DNA of 25,691 bases from Lepidodermella squamata (taxonomy: Eukaryota; Animalia; Gastrotricha), in the NCBI GenBank assembly GCA_047495785.1, contig JBLDXI010000123.1:1-25691 (forward strand). The letters run 5' to 3'. Of this stretch, positions 21,311 to 25,691 are shown piece by piece. Numbering within the stretch: the stretch's first letter is position 1; every line of letters starts with the position of its first letter. The position numbers and the translations under genes were made by a program. The notes under the pieces were generated by a model. The model ran no database searches and was not told the origin of the DNA. It worked only from the letters and a program-made list of their open reading frames with translations.

Positions 21311-21814
21311 ATGAAGCTGAAGGTAGAGCTAACAAGTAACAAAGCTAAAGAACCGACAAAGCATACTAAAGGCTCTGTGGGTTGGGACATCTATTCAGCA
21401 GAAGAGACGACACTGCAACCTGGAACCAGGGGACTGATTCAAACTGATATTAAAATCTGTTTACCACGAGGATATTATGGACAACTATTCAGTCGATCAG
21501 GAATGAGCATCAACCATGGAATCGATACGGTCGCTGGAGTAATAGGTAAGAAGCAAATAATAATGAAAATTACTAATGAATATCTGTATTTTTCATGAAT
21601 TAAAGACGCCGACTACACCGGAAAAATCGTAGTCTGCCTTGCAAACAACAGCAAAACACCTTACAAGATTAAAATAGGCGACCGTATTACCCAGTTGGTG
21701 TGTTTAAAATATGGTCGCTTAGAATCTGCAGTAACGGTAACGGGGCCATTGAAAAACGCTCTAGCAGCAAATTCGACCCGTGGCGATAACGGATTCGGTT
21801 CATCTGGACGTTAA
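21311..21814 (+). CDS. dut: dUTPase, mirror copy (intron 21546-21605)
   Basis: GTAAGA...AAAG intron joins GVI to DADYTG; ends RGDNGFGSSGR*. Confidence 0.95.
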
Positions 21815-22080
21815 CCCCTCCAATCAAGCCGCTACAAATCTCTGAACAAATGAATAGAAAAACTGATAAGACTTATCCCAGCTATAAATTCATTGCTTGA
21901 AACGTTAAGACTAATAAAAAGTGTTTGTGTGAATGAAAAAGGGCTCTATTGCAGCTGCACTAAAGAAGCAGTGTAAAAATGATTAGTTTAGCTCATAACA
22001 GGTGAAAAAACGAAGATTTGTTTATTTTAGTTAGGTGAAATCATAGCAGTGGGTTAAAACGAAGGTATATTGACAAGAAG

Positions 22081-22245
22081 CGGCTATAGTACAAATCGCC
22101 GTACTGCTATTACTCATCCCCAAATTGCGTATATTTATACCAAACGGGTATAGTAAAAATCGCCGTACTGCCATTACTGATCGCAAATTGCGTATATTTA
22201 TACCAAACGGCTATAGTAAAAATCGCCGTACTGCTATTACTGATC
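22081..22245 (-). repeat. Subterminal tandem repeat, mirror copy
   Basis: Reverse complement of 3546-3710. Confidence 0.95.
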
Positions 22246-22267
22246 CAAAGTTCCCATCCTTACTACT

Positions 22268-22473
22268 GGCTTCTTCTTGTTATCGAGCTTGACTGAGCCA
22301 GACGTTAGAACCAGCGTTTCCAGGCAGGTTTTATGGATGTGGCCAATCGATCCTCGGCATGAGCAAAATTTGGTGTAAAGAGGGCCTGAACTATCGTCGT
22401 CTTCGCAACCGCTTAAACAAATTCTGCATCTAACCGTGGTTTGAAAACTGTCGGCTCTCTGCCTCTCAGCCAT
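22268..22473 (-). pseudogene. MARCH-type RING-CH gene truncated by the element
   Basis: CRIC...FCSCRGSIGHIHKTCLE; the final CxxC is missing, and the last ORF residues (VVRMGTLDQ) are read from the element terminus. Confidence 0.85.
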
Positions 22474-22657
22474 GCTATTATTTAATTTCTAGCTATAACA
22501 CTTGTGTAGTGGCAGTGTTGAGTGTTGCCTTCCATTTTTTGTAGTATGTAGCTTTGTGTTTTTTGCTTGCACGCACAAAGAAATGACCTAGACCGAAATT
22601 AGGTAAACTCCAGGTGAAAAACTTTCCTTTATTTACGCAAGACTGGATAAAAAACAA

Positions 22658-23311
22658 TCACACTGAGCTTATTTCATCAACTACCACTGGAGGCATTTTA
22701 AAGCTTTGAATCTTGTTCTCGAAATTTCGTGTCTTGAACATCCCACACCATTCTTCCCGCTTCGTCGAGATTGTGTAGACAATGAAAATTAAGCAGACCA
22801 AGCATATAGGCAGGGTGAAGAATAGGCTCAACGCGGCCAGATAAAGAAAGACGTAGCCGAAGAGTATCACAAGAGTTTCGAATGACCCAACTTTCCCGAT
22901 CGCGATAGAATCGACGGTTTCGTTTCCGGCGCTGTCAGTTTGCTCATCGCCAATTTCCGTTTGGTTGAGGCTGATTGCCGACCACAAGCCCAGAGCAACG
23001 AGACAGACTAGTAACAGAGTCACGAGAACAGTTTTAACCTCATGCTCGTGCAATGAAGGCAAGCGCCACCGTTGAGGCGGCTTTATCCGGCGAATGATGC
23101 TGATTTGAAAATTATTGCGGCAAATTTCGCACCGAGGCTGTTCGAGGAGATAACTTGCAGAATCAAGGGATGGATTCATGGCCTTCTCGAGGCATCTCTT
23201 ATGGGCGAAACCAATCGAACCTCGGCAGGAGCAGAATCCATTGTAGAGTTTATCCCTGGTCCTGCTTTGCCTTTTGCTGAATAAACAAATTCTGCAGAAA
23301 TTCTCCGGCAT
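22658..23311 (-). CDS. MARCH-like RING-CH E3 ligase with two transmembrane regions, 217 aa, intronless
   Basis: CRIC...CSCRGSIGFAHKRCLE...CEIC (C4HC3) followed by two hydrophobic segments separated by a loop with NQT and NET sequons. Confidence 0.88.
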   Translation of the reverse strand: MPENFCRICLFSKRQSRTRDKLYNGFCSCRGSIGFAHKRCLEKAMNPSLDSASYLLEQPRCEICRNNFQISIIRRIKPPQRWRLPSLHEHEVKTVLVTLLLVCLVALGLWSAISLNQTEIGDEQTDSAGNETVDSIAIGKVGSFETLVILFGYVFLYLAALSLFFTLPICLVCLIFIVYTISTKREEWCGMFKTRNFENKIQSFKMPPVVVDEISSV

Positions 23312-24008
23312 GGGGTCACAAGAGTTTATTCGAGTGAAAATGTGTTCGTAATACCCGCGGGCAGAAGAAAAAAAGCCACGTGTTTAAAGGTATATGGGTG
23401 CATCTCGACAGAGAGCACGTAGGTGTTATTATTCAAGTATTGTAATTTAATGCATGTAATAACGTATTTATTAGTGGAGTTCGGCATTCATTTGAATGCA
23501 TTATTTTTATTTCTTTTATTATATCACATTGCAATTGCTACACGTGAACACATTGTAAGCTAAAAGCTAGGATGCGGAGGAAACTTCAATTTAATCTATA
23601 TAATCTATATAATCAAATATTCCGTAGACCGAAGGTAGACAAATATTCACTAGAATCTGTGAATAGCTTGTTTGAGGCAGTTTCAAGGTGATAAGTAAAA
23701 CGTGGGTTTCTACGTAAATTGAAAGATGGCTTGTTTCTTAATTCAAATCTATTTTGCTTGCGTTGCAGCCTGTCTTTGATTAAAAATGTAACACACAGAA
23801 GATACCACTCCCCTGCTACAGTAATATGGGCCTTGTTTACTTATATTAAGACGCAATGAACTTATCTTCAGCTCGTGTATGACCCACCCGTCTTTCATGA
23901 TAATTGGTGGAAACGGTATAACTAACGTGTAATCTGCTAAAACTCCCAGCCATTCCGATAAAACCGCAAGAGACCTTTACACCATTTAAGCACTACGACC
24001 CTAAAATA

Positions 24009-25166
24009 ATGGCAACTCAAGGCAAGGTTATCCGATGTATGGCTGCTATTTCATGGGGAGCAAACGAGCGTCTCAAAATCGAAACTATAGATGTTGAACC
24101 GCCTCGTAAGGGCGAGGTGAGAATCCGAGTTCACTCGGCCTCCATCTGCGCCACGGACTACACTCTATCAAAGGGCATCAGTGTCGGCTACCCGAAGCCC
24201 ATTTTCCCTGTAATCCTCGGCCACGAATGCGCTGGCGTCGTCGAAAGTGTTGGCGAGGGCGTGACAACTCTCAAGCCTGGTGATTACGTAATGCCGTGTT
24301 CGGCGCCCCAATGTCGGAAATGCGAACGCTGCCTTGGTAACCGAAGCAACGCCTGCGAAACGCGGGACGAAAACCTCGGTGATGGGTACATTGAGCTTGA
24401 TGGGAGCGAGCAACGATCTACCCGATATAAATGCAACGGCCAGCAAATTTTTCATTTTGAGGGCGTGTCAGCATTCAGTCAATACATTGTCTGCCGAGAG
24501 GCTTCTGTCGCTAAAATAAGCGAAAAAGCCCCTCTGGACAAAATTTCACCGGTTTCTTGCGGGATTGTAACAGGCTATGGGTCAGCTGTCTACAGTGCTC
24601 AGGTCACTGAAGAATCAACTTGCTCAGTTTGGGGTCTTGGAACAGTGGGTCTAGCCGCCTTAACCGGTTGCCGTAATCAAAAGGCTGGAATGATTATTGC
24701 AATCGATTCCAACCCGGAAAAGCTCGAACGAGCATTACGGATCGGCGCAACTCATGCTTTGAATCCTACCGACCCTGAATTCGAAGTTAAAATGCTTGAG
24801 ATAACGAAGGGTCGAGGTTGCGATTTTGCGATCGAATGCGTTGGCCGTGTTGATGTGATAAAGCAAGCTATTGCTACGACCAACAAACTCTGGGGTAAAA
24901 CTGTCATTGTTGGGGCGGCACCTGCTGATGCTGTACTGGAAGTTGGTAACTCTGTTCAGTTCCTTTTCGGCAGGTCTTTGACTGGGTCTTGGATGGGGCA
25001 TAAAAAGTCGCTAGACCATGTTGCTGAGCTCGTCGAAGAGTGTTTGGCTGGTCGCATCCCCCTTGATGAGATTGTAACTCATAGGCTAAACCTGGCAGAT
25101 ATCAATGATGGGTTTGAGTTACTGCGAACTGGAAAATGTGTGAAAACTGTCATCAATATGCTCTGA
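24009..25166 (+). CDS. Zn-dependent MDR alcohol dehydrogenase, class III/ADH5-related, 385 aa, intronless
   Basis: ICATD, FPVILGHECAGVVESVGEGV, structural Zn CRKCERC...C, SCGIVTGYG, WGLGTVGL. Confidence 0.92.
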   Translation: MATQGKVIRCMAAISWGANERLKIETIDVEPPRKGEVRIRVHSASICATDYTLSKGISVGYPKPIFPVILGHECAGVVESVGEGVTTLKPGDYVMPCSAPQCRKCERCLGNRSNACETRDENLGDGYIELDGSEQRSTRYKCNGQQIFHFEGVSAFSQYIVCREASVAKISEKAPLDKISPVSCGIVTGYGSAVYSAQVTEESTCSVWGLGTVGLAALTGCRNQKAGMIIAIDSNPEKLERALRIGATHALNPTDPEFEVKMLEITKGRGCDFAIECVGRVDVIKQAIATTNKLWGKTVIVGAAPADAVLEVGNSVQFLFGRSLTGSWMGHKKSLDHVAELVEECLAGRIPLDEIVTHRLNLADINDGFELLRTGKCVKTVINML

Positions 25167-25236
25167 AAATGTGAAAACAACGGGAATTTATTTTATGATT
25201 TTTTTCGCTCGTCCTTTCATCAATAAATGTTTGAGA

Positions 25237-25691
25237 TCAAAATGTTATTGTTGACCAAGTTGAGGCTAGAGATGAAGTTGTCTGCGTTCTTTGGAGAGGC
25301 GCGACAGTGGAAATTCGATGTCCCCCGAGTAACGGGTTGTTGCTGTCTACAGAGCCACGACTTCCTTCAGACGTCATCGCCTTGTGTCTGGCATCGATTT
25401 TGACAACAGGCGGCATGTTAAAATCCAGAATCTTTAGCTCTGTATTCTCGTAGCAAATATTCCACATTAAAGCAATGCAAAAACACAGGAAAAGGATGCC
25501 AGCCATTTGGAAGACGACGAACGAGGCGGTGAAAAGCCAGCACTTCTCCTTCGACATTTCAGGTAATGTGATGTTGACATTGAAGACGGAATCAACCGAT
25601 CGATTGCTTGCGTTACTCGGTTTTGAAATCGCTAGACTATTTGAGGAGGGTTTGCATACCCTAAGACTTAGGTCACTCAGCCCAGGAACTG
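25237..25691 (-). CDS. 3' part of a membrane protein, probably a third MARCH-like paralog (5' end beyond the window)
   Basis: Frame is open to the window edge; loop NRSVDSV, a TM segment and ELKILDFNMPPVV parallel NETVDSI, TM and ENKIQSFKMPPVV of the 22658-23311 protein. Confidence 0.65.
   Translation of the reverse strand, partial: VPGLSDLSLRVCKPSSNSLAISKPSNASNRSVDSVFNVNITLPEMSKEKCWLFTASFVVFQMAGILFLCFCIALMWNICYENTELKILDFNMPPVVKIDARHKAMTSEGSRGSVDSNNPLLGGHRISTVAPLQRTQTTSSLASTWSTITF

Larger units (their letters stand above)
3524..22267. mobile_element. Maverick/Polinton-family element, partial and inverted-duplicated (palindromic)
   Basis: Ends AGTAGTAAGGATGGGAA / TTCCCATCCTTACTACT (AG...CT termini with short tandem trinucleotide, typical of Polintons), pPolB gene, sharp junctions with host coding sequence, more AT-rich than the HERC2 flank. 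Confidence 0.9.
13289..22267 (-). repeat. Right arm (8979 bp) of giant inverted repeat
   Basis: Reverse complement of 3524-12505; identity begins at GAGATTATGAATTTG (13289). Confidence 0.97.

Noticed and set aside
22237-22473. In-frame MARCH-HERC2 fusion gene if the element were removed
   Set aside because: MARCH is cut after two bases of a codon while HERC2 resumes at a codon start, so the join is out of frame.
23593-23614. Short tandem AATCTATAT repeat
   Set aside because: About 2.5 copies in AT-rich intergenic DNA; unremarkable slippage.

Overview
Eukaryotic (metazoan-type, compact, intron-poor) genomic DNA carrying an 18.7-kb Maverick/Polinton-derived element (3524-22267, termini AGTAGT...ACTACT) that is one giant palindrome: two near-identical ~9-kb arms (3524-12505 and 13289-22267) around a 783-bp spacer. 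Each arm has a terminal 63-bp tandem repeat array, dUTPase, deoxynucleoside kinase, RING-finger protein, PC4-like protein, a protein-primed family B DNA polymerase (pPolB) and a Pro-rich ORF. I recognise no integrase, capsid or protease gene. The apparently fragmented element genes are intact once 13 small (52-62 nt) GT-AG introns per arm are removed (10 in pPolB), several splitting catalytic motifs, while the flanking host genes have one intron in about 6 kb of coding sequence. There is no target-site duplication, and the two ends cut two different host genes (HERC2 on the left, a MARCH-type RING-CH gene on the right). This implies a deletion/rearrangement, a fold-back element, or a misassembly. 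The right flank holds further MARCH-like paralogs and an intronless Zn-dependent alcohol dehydrogenase. All calls come from manual translation and motif recognition; no searches were run.
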